Source: Camelus dromedarius
Taxonomy: Eukaryota
Length of the DNA: 64,000 nucleotides
Direction: 5' to 3'
NCBI RefSeq assembly: GCF_036321535.1
Contig: NC_087436.1
Location: 23,314,001-23,378,000, forward strand
Below are positions 40,409-53,474 of this stretch, one piece after another. The first letter of the stretch is position 1. Every line of letters begins with the position of its first letter. The position numbers and the translations under genes were made by a program. The notes under the pieces are model-generated. The model had not been told where the DNA came from. It did no database searches and saw only the letters and a program-made list of their open reading frames with translations.

Positions 40409-41480
40409 GATTGAATAAAACACCACGTTTGTCTAGTTTTCCCCAAAGAAAATTCCCTATAGAAAAAAGTTGCCCTATACTTGAGTCCTTAAAATGTTCT
40501 CATATTCCAGGCTCTCCTCCTCAGTTGCTTTATTCTGAATAATAATCCACTGTTTGGAGCCTGAAATGACTTCAGTCTATGCTAGTTTGGTATCATTATA
40601 AGAGATTCTTAACAGAATCATTTAAAAAGAAGGCAAAGGTTTACAAATAACTCCTGGGGTTATGAGCATATCATTGCAAATCTTGCGAAGATGACTTTAA
40701 AAAGAATTATAGTATGTGGTTACTGGTGGAGATCACAAATGAAAATATTACTGAATGTGTAAGAATACTTATGTTTTGCTATACAATATTCATATACAAC
40801 ATTATTAGTTTCAGAAGTTGCCGTATTTTAGTTAAGCTTAAAGATCAAGTGTACCAGAGAACTATGTCTGATGATTCAAAAAAATAATACCAGAGATGAT
40901 AAGGAGATTTAACAATGCAGGATAAAAAGTTGGTATAAAACTCTTATTTTTTGTGAGACTTAAATTAAACCATAATTTAAAAATAGCACATTACATAATA
41001 TGCAATTTTAACTATGCGATTGTACCTAAGTTAATATAAACACGTGTAACTTTTCACTTATACACCCATTTTATATATTTAATTTAGCCATGAACTGTTT
41101 TTTCTAGATCTTCTCTTTGGGGGTAATGAGGGATTGCTCTTTATTTTGTTGGCCCTAAACTTGAGACTATATAATAATTTTTAAGGGACCCAATTAAGGT
41201 TATGTGTAACCTTATATGAAACTGTATATAACAACTATGTACATTATGTAAAACTATAGAGCTTTAAACATTCCACTCTTTTCTATAAGGTAAAATCACT
41301 CATTTATAATGGCAACAAAGTACATTTATATTATGATCTCCAGTCAACTAATAACTTTGGCAAATAATAATTTTGTCAACTAGTAATTTTGGTATCATTA
41401 TCTCAAGAACTTTTGATGCCATCCATAACTTAACAGAGTATATGCTTTCTTCTGTGTGTGTGTGCGCCTTTATACATATT

Positions 41481-43322
41481 CAGGCTATCCTTGATTTGCA
41501 CCATAGGGCGAGAGCATGCAAGTTGATATTAACAATCACTGGGAAAGAATTACAATTTTTCCATAACCTTTAACATTTGTCAGAGTTTTTAATACTCTGT
41601 CAATTATAAATGTATAGAAAAATGAAAAATACAGTAAAGCTAATATTCACTTAGTACACTGAAATTTAAAACATGGAGGCACATGAAAAATTGCTCAACA
41701 TTGATAATCATCAGAGAAATGCAAATCATAACCACAATGAGATGTCATCTCCCACCTGTGAGAATGGCCATCCTCAAAAAGATCACAAATAACAAATGTT
41801 GGTGAGGATGTAGAGAAAAAGCACACTATTGGTGGGATTGTAAATTGGTGCAGCCACTATGGAAAACAGAATGGAAGTTCATTAAAAAACTAAAAATAGA
41901 ACTTCCATATGATCCAGCAATTCTACTACTGGGTATATGTCTGAAGAAAATGAAGATTCTAATTCAGAGAAGTATGTCTGTCCCAATGTTCATAGCAGCA
42001 TTATTTATAATAGCCAAGATGTGGAAGCAACCCAAGTGCCCATCAACAGATGAATGAATAAAGAAGATGTGGTGTATATATACAATGGAATATTACTCAA
42101 CCATAAAAAGAATGGAATTCTGCCATTTGCAACAACATGGATGGATTAGAGAGTATTATGCTTAGTGAAATATTAGAGAAAGACAAATACTATATGTAAT
42201 CACTTATATTTGGGATCTAAAAAACAGATGAATGTATATAACAAAACAAACAGACTCACAGAGAACAAACTAGTGGTTACCAGTGGGGAGAGGGAAGGGG
42301 AAGGGGTGAGATAAAGGTAGAGGATTATGAGACACAAATTACTATATATAAAATAAATAAGCAACAAGGATATATTGTACAGCAATATATTTTGTAATAA
42401 CTTTAAGTGGAGTGTAATCTATAAAAATATTGAGTCACTATATTATACACCTGAAATGAATATAATATTATAAAATAATATTGAACTATATTGACTGTAC
42501 TTCAATAAAAATAAAACATGGGAATCATTTAGAATAAAGTATTTCCTTAAGAATATTTATCAAAAGTAGTTTAAGTAGTGTTTGCCTTCTTTTTGTCGTA
42601 TAACTTAAAATTCAGAGCGAACATCTTTTTTATGCCTTGGATAAAGGATATACCCCTTTTGAGTCTGAATTAGCTCCTACATTTTATCATTTGCATTTCA
42701 ACGTCATGAAACATCTCTGAGAGTTTCTTTAATATGAAGTTCCTTGCCAGCATCACATCCTACAGGACATCCTTTTCTCCTTTTCTTCACTTATATCAGG
42801 TAAGTTCACCTTCACTAAGTGCCTGTGGCTGCACGTCTAGAGTCTCTGGAGAGCAAAGGTTTCAACATGCCCAGGGCCCGCTGTCTTCTAATCACGCCCA
42901 GAGTCACTTCCAAATTACCACTTTCTGCACGTTCATCTGTTGGCCAATTCTCTCCCTTGGTTATTTATTTTTGTTCACTGTCATGTGGGTTTGTTTATCA
43001 CTGGAAAACAGGGAGGCTACAGAACTGCATGTTTTGCTGCCTATCAGTGAACTGAGTAACAGATGCACGGGGACCAATCACCAGCAGACTTGGAGAGAAG
43101 TAATGCGATGATGGAAGATGATGTGCATCTGTCGTTTATGTAGTGATTTGTGAACTGAAGAGCCCAGAAGCAAAGTTTGTGCTTTATACAATTATTCACA
43201 GTTAATATACCATGATGGCTCAAATTTGAACAGTGTTGTTGGGGAGGCTGGTGTTATTTAACAAAAATGTGGTAATTGAAATTCGTGCGTATCAGAATTG
43301 TGTAAAGCGAGGACTATTTTGT
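41481..43322. mobile_element. Tigger6-like DNA transposon relic split by an L1
   Basis: Degenerate TIRs caggctatccttgatttgcac ... gtgtaaagcgaggactattttg. Confidence 0.55.
41677..42511 (+). mobile_element. 5'-truncated L1 3' end
   Basis: ORF2 C-terminus [25 protein letters not shown]...; AATAAA at end; TSD TAAAACATGG 41667-76 and 42512-21. Confidence 0.9.
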
Positions 43323-44047
43323 ACATAATTGAGATCGTGCATATAAAACTCTGTCCTGCTCCATTTTAATGAATAATGCCTAAATTTAAATCTCTCTACG
43401 GTCATATTATCTTTCTGTAAAGGAAAATCATTTAAAATGCTCTATCTGGTCTCTATTCTTGACCTTGATGGTACAAGATTTCTATTACAGTTTTTGTGAG
43501 CAATATTTTATGCATTTTAATGATGTCCTTGTTGGTCTATAAATATTAACTTTTAAAAATAGAGCCTAAAATATATACATACTCCTGCAATGAGTTGTGG
43601 ACAAGAGTCACACTTAATCCTTTCTGTGGCAGTTTGATTTCAGGAGCCACATTGCTATTTGGTAGGACTTTTACTAAACTCAAAATTAAGCACTTAAATC
43701 TTCTAATGATCTTGCTCTTTTGTGGTTACTGTATTATGCTAAGTGATTCTATTATCTTGAATCTGTTAGAGTACATATCTGATTGTACACTTGAAAAATT
43801 CGAAATACCTATAATTTTATAAGGGGAAATTAATTTTATATTGTACATTTTAATGTTTTGATATGCCTGTCACTAAATTATAAATTAAATATTTTTAAAA
43901 GTATTAGTTTTATAATGTTGATATTGGGTATACCATGAAATAATTCAAATAATATTATGTGGACATACATAAGGAAATTCTTCTTGAGTATTTATGTTAT
44001 TTTGGCAAATCAAATATTCAGTTATAAGCCTCCACTTCTGTTTATAG

Positions 44048-44161
44048 GTTCAAAAGGCAACTGAAGTCTGGATCCTTAGAAGTCATTTCAATACCTGCTT
44101 ATTTTTATCCAAACATGTTGCATACCAAGCAATCAACTGAGGACTCACAACAACTAGAGAG
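44048..44161 (+). CDS. MGAT4D: MGAT4D coding exon 6
   Basis: ttttatAG | FKRQLKSGSLEVISIPAYFYPNMLHTKQSTEDSQQLE | GTATGA; 114 nt, phase 2-2. Confidence 0.94.
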
Positions 44162-45653
44162 GTATGACATATTAGAGAATAGTATCCTTAAATAAGTAAC
44201 TTCATGTGATGAAATGCTAGAATCAGCATCTGATGGATAGTGTTTCCAACACAGTGGTGTGCTGGAGCCAACTCCTGTTGGCTTGCACCTAGATTCTAGT
44301 CCCAGCTTTTCTGTTCGCTAAGCATCCTAGGCAGTAATTTAGCCTTTTTTTTTCTCTTAGCTTCCTCAACTTTCTAGTGTGTATAATAAAATCCATATTA
44401 CATCTATGGAAAAGACACTGTGAAAATAAAATATGGTAGTATTTATGAAAGAATTCTGGAAAATGGAAAGCTCTATACATAATACAAAGGAGTGCTGTCG
44501 TTTGGTTAGAAATGTGGTATGTGTTACAAGAAGTATAATAATTTGGTTCCTCAAAACTTAATAGAGCAAGATATTAAGATTCAGGAAAAGGTCTTATCCC
44601 AGGAAACTTATTAGTACTGTTGTTGTTTTAAATATAAATGGTATGTCAATCTAGAAATATTTTAAGGGTTTTGTTTTGCTTTTAATTAATGACCTGTATT
44701 ATACCCAATTTTTAGAGTCATAAAGCGGGGAGACACCCTAGATCCTCGTTTTTCCTTCTACTCTTTTCATCTCTATCATCATTTCTGTTTTAAAGATCTC
44801 TCTCTCTATGTCATTCTTCTCATCCCCATTCCTCTGCCTCAGACTTAGTTCAGCCCATTAAAGATCTATTGACTTTCCTTGATCCTAGCCTTGCCTCTCC
44901 TCCAAGTCATTCTCCATACTGTAGCCAGAAGAATCCTTTTTCGTATGAAAGCAATTCCAAAGTTTCCTGCATATCATAAAAGACCCTTCATGATCTGGTC
45001 TCAGCTGACCTTACCTTCACCAGCTTCCTTTCCATCGTCTCTTGGTGCTCTGAACCCAAGGTGGTATGCTCCTTCACACGTGAGTGCTTTTTAACACCGC
45101 TCCTCTACACCGAATGACCTACTTCCTTCTGCTCTGTCCTCCCCATCTTATTGTAACTCACCACTGTCAATGTCTTTATATAGCACTTATCTAATTGTTC
45201 CAATTTTATGGTTTTTCTGTCTTTCATGCTAGATTATGAGACCCAGAAGAGCATGAACTACACTGTGCTTTGCTCTCTGGATCGTCAGGACCTGGCCTAG
45301 TATCTAGCTTAGTATTAAATTAGGACATTTCTTTATACTTTCATTTGAACAAGACCTAAGATCAGGAAGAATGTTAACTTTATTATAGAGATCATAAATT
45401 AACTAACCAAAACATAAAATAAATAGATTGTGCTTATCCCATTCTAGCAATGGCAGACACTGTCCACTGAATAAATTTGGGAAGCCTTCTAGTATAACTT
45501 TTTAGTGTAATGTATTCAATTTCACTTAATGTAGGCAGTACTCTCTGTTAGTCAAGTGTAGAAAAAAGTTATGTTTTTAATTACTAAAGTGTGCTTATAA
45601 ATAAATAAAAATAATAATGAAAAGTATTAACAGATTTTATTGCTTATCTCTAG

Positions 45654-45729
45654 TTGGCGAATCAAACAAGTATTGGATTTTTGTTTTTTGATGCTGTATG
45701 CCCAGCCTAAAGCCATGTATTACTTACAG
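45654..45729 (+). CDS. MGAT4D: MGAT4D coding exon 7
   Basis: atctctAG | (S)[25 protein letters not shown] | GTAAGA; 76 nt. Confidence 0.95.
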
Positions 45730-47036
45730 GTAAGATCTTGTTATATATATAATTTAAAGTGGAAGTATTATGTTCTCCGTCTCTCCTTCAATTCTTTCCT
45801 TCTTCATTGTTTTCCTCCACTTACTTTGTACTCAGAAAACAGAAAATATTCATTATATTAAAACGCCAAAAAGAATCTTAAAATTGATTCTATATTAATC
45901 TTCTTGCTGGGTAACTATTAATAGAGGAAATTATTGTTACCTGAAGCAAACTGAAAATAAATTATTTAATTAGAAAAAAATAGATATTGTACTGCTTACA
46001 TTTCTCTACCTGCAAGTATATTAGATTAAGCAAACATATTTTGAGCACTTATTGTATGTCAGACAGTATATATGCTTATCATTGCTACCCTGCACTGCCA
46101 CATTTCGTGAGTAATGCAGTTCTACAGTGCCTGATTGTATCTGTGAAATAAATCAATTATGTATAATTTCTACACCCTACATTCCTGCATATTGTTAAAT
46201 AACAACACTATGTTTCCCAACACGACGTATGTACCTCACTACATGAGAAAGTGTGCAGCTGTGAGAAAAGTTTGCAGAGTGTCGTTGGAGAATAGAGAGA
46301 GGGATTAGGAAAAGGCCTGAAGCCAGGTCTTCTCCTTTACTGGAAGAAGAAGAAACCCCCTTTGATTCCTAGTTAGTGGCAATGGAACTGAAACGTGAGG
46401 TCCAGCCAATGTACTCTTCCCATTTTGAAACAACAAGTTCTGTTTTGTGCCCTGGTGTTGTGCCCGAGGACTTGTGCGTTTTCCTGAATCATTTAGGAGG
46501 CCCTCTTAATCTATAGATTCCACATAATATGTATTAAATTTAAAAAGAAAATCCTAGTTTCCCTTTCCCCCATATCTCTTGTGGAGGACTGTTTTTGGGC
46601 TTACTGGCTCCGTCCTTCTAGCCAGCTGGTTGTAGATGAGGTTGCTAGCTCCCTTTTGTCACCTCTTTGCCAAGCACAGGATCTGGCACTACAATATGGC
46701 ACCCATCATCTAAACGTAAAGCCAGTGATTCGTATACTAGAAACTCAAGTATTTGTGAGGATGAAAATGGTTCAGATAGACTCTCCCAAAGAGAATTTAG
46801 ATTACCTGTTACTTTTTAGTACTTAGGAAAGAAACAGATAATCTCTGGTCTCAGAATCAGAAAAGGACAATTGACTGACAGGAAATTCCCTCAATGAAGT
46901 GAACTAGAAATCAACCTTCTACCTCATAAAGACATTTTCCAGTGTATTCTATCGAAAGTGTTTTCAATTTTGAAGCTAACAGTTTGTTCAATGGAAGCAT
47001 CAAAGGTACTAACGTCTTTTTGTGTTTTTTTTCCAG

Positions 47037-47151
47037 CTAGAAGATGGTATTATAGCTAAAAAGATGTACCTTACAAAAATCACAGATTTTGTGCATAAAA
47101 TCACTTCAAAGAATTGGTTTTACATTGAGTTTTCAATTCTTGGATTTATAG
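47037..47151 (+). CDS. MGAT4D: MGAT4D coding exon 8
   Basis: Branch point TACTAAC 47007-47013, ttccAG | [38 protein letters not shown] | GTAAGC; 115 nt. Confidence 0.95.
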
Positions 47152-48711
47152 GTAAGCAGTGGATCTATTTTGTGGGGTCAAGTTTTTTAGAACACAGTAA
47201 TCTTAAGTTCTTAAGAACTTACCAGAGAGTTTGTTACTAAATGGCAAGGAATGGCATGATTTCTATAAAGATACTTTTACTTTAGTAGTGAAATCAGATT
47301 CATGGATCTGAATTTCAGAAAATGTATTTTTAAACCAAATTTTTTTCTAGATGGACAATAAAAATAAGCAGGTTGACATATATTCACATTTTACAAAACC
47401 CTAAAGTAGCTACCTACCACATGTTACATACCAGCTATGGGCCTGGCACACTTGTCCGCAGTGGCTCAGATGTACTTCTCTCTGTTTTACATAGGAAAAT
47501 ACTGAAACTCAAAGACTTAAAGTCTGTTTTTTTCTCAGCTTTGGTTAAAATAAGAAAAATTCTAGGTAACAGTAATACCTGCTGAAAAGCTTGGAGAGGT
47601 AATAATTTTATTGATGTATTACTTTCAGAGTTTTAAATTCCTTTTATTTTTCTGCACAAAGTCAGGTACCAGAAAGATGGAGAATATTCACATTCTGATC
47701 ATCACAAGAGCACACTGAACAAGGAACATAATGTGATACTGAAGTCTTATTTAAGCGTTTATTTACAAAGGCTTTTTTTTTTGGTTATCATAATAACAGT
47801 ACTGTTATTTAACATTTTCCAGAAATTTGAGCTTGCTAAATAGAATTTTCAGAATGCTGACAGCAGATGAAGAAAACATAAATATTAAGTCAACTATTTC
47901 TATCATTATATCACTTGCTTTGGTTACTATATAAAAGGGTGCAAAAAAATTCAAATACAGCCTTACACTTGATCAGATGACCCAGACAGACTGAAGTCTT
48001 AGTGAAAAAAAATGAAACTGCTTACAACCTACTATCACGTTTATTTAATGGCTAAATGTGTTTCACACTGTTTACTTTAAAGTGAACATTTACCTCCAAC
48101 CTATTATGCCTCCAACTTTATTTTACAATTGTAGACGCAATATTTTAGAGATAAATAATTGGATGTAATGAAATAATACCCCAAAATGTAGTAAATATTT
48201 AAGAATCATAAATATAAAAGAAAAATAACATTCTTATAAAATAATTTTTAAATAATGATAGAACCCTGTAATCAAAATTAAGTATTAAAATTTAAAAATG
48301 TGGTAGACTAATACAGTTCTACAAAAGTCAGTTTACAATTCACAGTTTCTGAAAAACTGAGTAAAGATTACAGCTCCTATAGTTGCCATTTTTATTTACA
48401 TATCTTACACTTGATCTTCATTAGTTTTCAAAGTTGATTTTCAGAGAGTATTCACTATTCTAAACTTGTTTCACACTTTTTCCACCCAGAAGTGGTAATT
48501 TTTAATACTGAAACCATTATATTATTTTGCTTCATTATTCTCCAACTTCATTAATGCTTTAATCTTTATTTCTAAGAAATATAGCATATAGTTGTTTTAA
48601 TAATTTTTACTCTTTTCCCATGTTAATGGAATGAACAATTATATATAAGGGTTATGATATATAAGTGTAAACACTCAAGGGTTATTTGTATTGTTTACTT
48701 TTTCTCCATAG

Positions 48712-48842
48712 GAAAGCTATTCAAATCTGAGGACTTAACTGACTTCATACGTTTTTTTTTAATGTTCTACAAAGATAAACCCATAGACTTGCTCTTGGGG
48801 GACCTTTTTCAGGTAAAGATGTGTAAACCAGGAGAAACTCTT
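48712..48842 (+). CDS. MGAT4D: MGAT4D coding exon 9
   Basis: ctccatAG | (G)[43 protein letters not shown] | GTGAGT; 131 nt. Confidence 0.94.
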
Positions 48843-48989
48843 GTGAGTATTTATTTACTTTGTAAATATCAAATATTTTATGAAAATACTGTTTAACGTA
48901 ATTACCTAAATTTTGTTTACCAAACCAAATCTGATGAGTGCATCAATTTTTAACTTGCCATATGCTAAAGTTTTACTGACACTTAAAAC

Positions 48990-51825
48990 CAACTAGAGGA
49001 AGTAATGAGAAGCCAAAGATGCAGTGAAAAGTGGAAACAAAGCGACAGAAAAAGTGAGCAAACAGAAAAGAACAATAATAAAATGGTATATATAAATCCA
49101 AACAAATCAATATTGACATCAAATATAAATGGCCAAAATACACCAATTAAGAGACAATTCATCAGAATGGATTGAAAAACACTGTTCAATTACTTGCTGT
49201 CTCTACTCAATTCAAATATAAGATCTAAGTAGCTAAAAAGTAAAAGATAGAAGAAGATATACTATGCAGATATTAATCAAAGGAAATCTGTGGTAGCTAT
49301 ATTAATATCATAGTAGACTTCACAGCAAAAGAAAAAAAAAATTGACCAAGGATCAAGAAATACTGACAAATATATATACTGACAAAAGGGTCAAATCACC
49401 AAGAAGACATAACAGTCCTCAAAGGACATACATTCAACAACAGAATCTCACAACACATGAAACAAAAGTTGACAGGACTGAAAGGACAGATAGATTAGTC
49501 TACAGTGACAGTTGGAGATTTCAGTGCTCCTCTCTGTAAGCAATAGACCTAGTAGGCAGAAACCAGCAAGGAGATAAAAGAACTGAACACCATCTACCAT
49601 CTGGATTTAACTGCTATTTTAAAAAACACTACATCCAACAGCAGTAGAAAACACATTCTTTTAAAATACACTTAGAACATTCACCAAAATAGACATATCT
49701 TGTATCATAAAACAAAGCTGAACATATTTAAATTGAAATCACAAAAAGTATATTCTCTGACAACAATGGAATCAAAATAGAAATTAATAACAGAAATATA
49801 ACTGAACCATCTAAAAATATTTGAAAATTAAACAACACATTTTTAAATAAACCAAAAATGAAAGAGGAAGTCTCAAAGGAATTTAGAAAATGCTTTGAAC
49901 TGAATGAAAATGCAAATATGGGGTGTCGATATTTGTGAGATGCAGCTAAAGTACTGCTTAAGGAGAAATTTATAGCAGTAAAAAATCTTCATCTTAGAAG
50001 AGAAAAAAGATCTCCCATTAAAAATCTTAGCTTCTACCTTAAGAAACTAGAAAAAGAAGAGCAAAATAAACCCAATTTATGGAGAAGGAAGAAAACAACA
50101 ACCGTAAGAGCAGAAAGAAATAAAATTGAAAACATTAAAACTGTAGAGAAAAATCAGTGAAACCAAAAACTTGTTCTTTCAAAAGAGCAATGGAACTTAC
50201 AAATCTCTGGCAAGGCTGATAAGAAAAACCCAAAGACATAAATTACCAACATTAGAATGAGAGAATATCATGATATATATATATATTTTATAATATATAA
50301 TTATATATATTATAAAATATATATATAATATATTGATAAATTGGACTTCATCAAAATTAAAACCTTTTGTGTTGCAAAATTTACTGTTAAGAGAGTAAGA
50401 TGCCAGAAACTAGGAAAATTTTTTGTAAATTCCATATATATATTGTATGTGTATAATTCTAACAAAATATGTACATTATTTATATGCTGAAAATTCCTAA
50501 ATGCTGTTGAAAGAACTAGACATACCACGATCATGGATTGGGAGCCTCGACATAGTAAATATGTGAATGTTCCCTAATTGATCTATGGATTTAACACAAT
50601 TCCAATCAACATTCCAGTAGGATTTCCTTTGGTGAATATACACAAGCTGATTCTAACATTTTTAAGAAAAGGCAAAGGAACTAGAGTAGCTAAAAGTGAT
50701 TTTGAAACAGAAGAATAAAATTGGAGGCATCATCACACTACTTGATTTAAAATCTTACTGTAAAGCTACAGTAGTCAAGACAAGGCTTTAGAGGCAAAGG
50801 GGTAAACATATAGACCCATGGAACACAACAGTCCCGAAATAGGTCCACAAAGTACAGCCAATGATTTATGACAAAGGAGCATACTACAGTCAATGGAGAA
50901 AGAATAGTCTTTCAACAAACGTGTATTGGACACTGGAGATTTCTACTTCCAGTCAAGATAAACTAACAGGTGGCAGATTTATCCTTCTGCCTCAAAGTGC
51001 TAGAAAACTGAACAAAATATGTGAGACAACAGTTTTCAAATATTACACAACAGACAATACAGGATTGTGTTACCTGGGAGAAGGAAAACAAACACAGTGA
51101 TTTCTACAAACTTCCAGTTTATTGCCCAGGAACAATTTCCAGAATGCAGCACAAGGAGGAGGACATCTCCCCCAAAAAGCCCAGGAGTCCAAGTTAATTG
51201 AGGGAGGAGACTCACAAAAAGAGAGCTCCCCAGAGATTTATAGAAAGGTCCATGTGAGGCTCTGGCCAAGAGCGGACACGCACATGTGTGAGACCAAAGC
51301 CACCCAATGTAGGTGAAGCTGGAAGACAATATGCTATGTGAAATAAACCAGATACAAAAGGACAAAAAAAAGAAACCCAAAACAAAAAAACAACAAATGT
51401 GTATTGGATCAGTTGGATATCTATAGCTATATCCATATTTAATAAAAGAATCTGAACCTAAACATTGCACCTGATACAAACACTATTTCAAAACAGGTCG
51501 TCTATCTAAATACAAAACATAAACTTTTAGTAGAAAATATAGGAAAAAATCTTCAGGACCCAGGGCTAAGTGGAGAATTGTTAGACATGACATTAAACAC
51601 TTGATCCATTTTTTAAAAATTAATAAATTGGACTTCATCAAAATTAAAACCTTTTGTATGGCAAAACTCACGTTAAGAAGTTAAGACATCACAGACTAGG
51701 AAAAGACATTTTTAAATTCCATGTACAGCAAGGACTTGTATTCAGAGTATATAAAGAATCTTCAAAACTCAACAATAGGAAAATAACCCAGTTGAAAAAT
51801 GGGCACAAGACTTGAATAGACTCTA
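48990..51825 (+). mobile_element. Degraded, rearranged old L1 ORF2 (endonuclease to C-terminal fragments)
   Basis: L1 text: acattcaccaaaatagacatat, gatgcagctaaagtactgcttaaggagaaatttatagca, ggacttcatcaaaattaaaac; no long ORF. Confidence 0.85.
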
Positions 51826-52282
51826 TTAAGGTAGTTTCTCCCTTACTGCAATAAGCAATGAACTCAGTTTCACTTTATCGACAGGTTATTTGGTGGGTAT
51901 TTATGGGGAGCCAGCATTTGATAATACCATCCCACTGGAACTATTATTAATAGATTAGAAAATATTACCATATTTGCTAAATTTTAACTCCTCAACTAAG
52001 TTTATCCAACCTTAATTTAGTTTCAAATTAAATTAGCTCTAGATTATTTAATTACTTTACAGTTACAAAAGCAATTTTTAATGTTTTCCTGCATGTTAGC
52101 ATTGAGTAGAAATGCATTTAAATAAGGCTGCTATTTAAAAATTCTTATGTACATAAATCTGAGATATATTTTTATGAATTTTCTGTGCATACATATATAA
52201 AATACATAAAATAATTCTCATAGCAATCATAATAATTTCAAATGTTTGTCTTTAATAGGAGCAATGTCACAGGTCATCTTAT

Positions 52283-52548
52283 CTTTTTTCTTTTTTTTAA
52301 ATATATTTTTATTGAAGTACAGTCAGTTTACAATGTTCTGTCAGTTTCTGATGTACAGCACAATACTTCAGTCACATAGGAACATACATACATTTGTTCT
52401 CATATTCTTCTTCACCATAGGTTACAAGATACTGAATATGGTTCCCTATGCTATACAGTATAAACTTGTTGTTTATATATTTTATATATATTAGTTAGTA
52501 TCTGCAAATCTCAAACTCCAAATTTATCCCTTTCCACCCCCTTCCACC
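52283..52548 (-). mobile_element. Short L1 3'UTR fragment
   Basis: T-rich tail, then ttgaagtacagtcagtttacaatgtt...ccctatgctatacagta. Confidence 0.75.
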
Positions 52549-52929
52549 TTATTTTTATTTTTAAGGAGATTATCCATATATTTTTTCATTAAGTATAATA
52601 TTGGCTCTTTGTTTTAATCATACACTTTTTAAGAAGAAATTGAGGAGGGTGTAATTCAGTGTAGGAATTTATCAATGAATATGAGGAGAGAATAATGTAG
52701 TCTGAGACAAGTGGATAGACAGGAAAATACTAAAAACTTTATTTTACTGGAATATAGAGAAAGGAGAGGAGAATTATTTGTTGGTACAACTGTAGCCTGA
52801 TTTTCTAATGAACTAACAGTTCATGAAAATACCTGCTTTTGTATCTTTTTTGTTCCATTATTCTTACGAAGAAAAATCTAAGAAATAAATGTTTAAATTT
52901 TGAAGTAGTAATATAGAACTCAGGCAAAA

Positions 52930-53262
52930 TTTTTTTCTTTTTTTTAACATTTTTTTAATTGAGTTATAGTCAGTTTACAATGTTGTGTCAAATTCCAGTG
53001 TAGAGCACAGTTTTTCAGTTATACATGAACGTACATATATTCATTGTCACATTTTTTTTTCGCTGTGAGCCACCACAAGATCTTGTGTATATTTCCCTGT
53101 GCTATACAGTATGATCTTGTTTATCTAGTCTGCATATGCCTGTCAGTATCTACAAATTTTGAAATCTCAGTCTGTCCCTTCCCACCCCCTGACCCCTTGG
53201 GAACAAGTTTGTATTCTATGTCTATGAGTCTGTTTCTGTTTTGTATTTCTTTTTTTAGATTC
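52930..53262 (-). mobile_element. Short L1 3'UTR fragment, same family as the 14845 element
   Basis: tttacaatgttgtgtcaaattccagtg.agagcaca.tttttcagttatacatgaac is near-identical to ~14884-14940. Confidence 0.85.
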
Positions 53263-53366
53263 GAGCAAAAATTAATGTAACAAAAGATTCTTCCATCAGT
53301 AAATGCAACAAAAAGGAGTATTTGGGTTTTAACATAAGATTGTTGTTTCTCTTACTTTTTCTCCAG

Positions 53367-53474
53367 GAAAAATGTACAGAACGAAATAAGCAAATTCGTA
53401 TTCGATATAAACCTTCTCTTTTCCAGCATGTGGGTATACAGTCATCATTCCCTGGAAGAGAACAATATTTCAAA
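53367..53474 (+). CDS. MGAT4D: MGAT4D coding exon 10
   Basis: ttctccAG | [36 protein letters not shown] | GTAAGT; 108 nt; family motif [10 protein letters not shown]. Confidence 0.95.
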
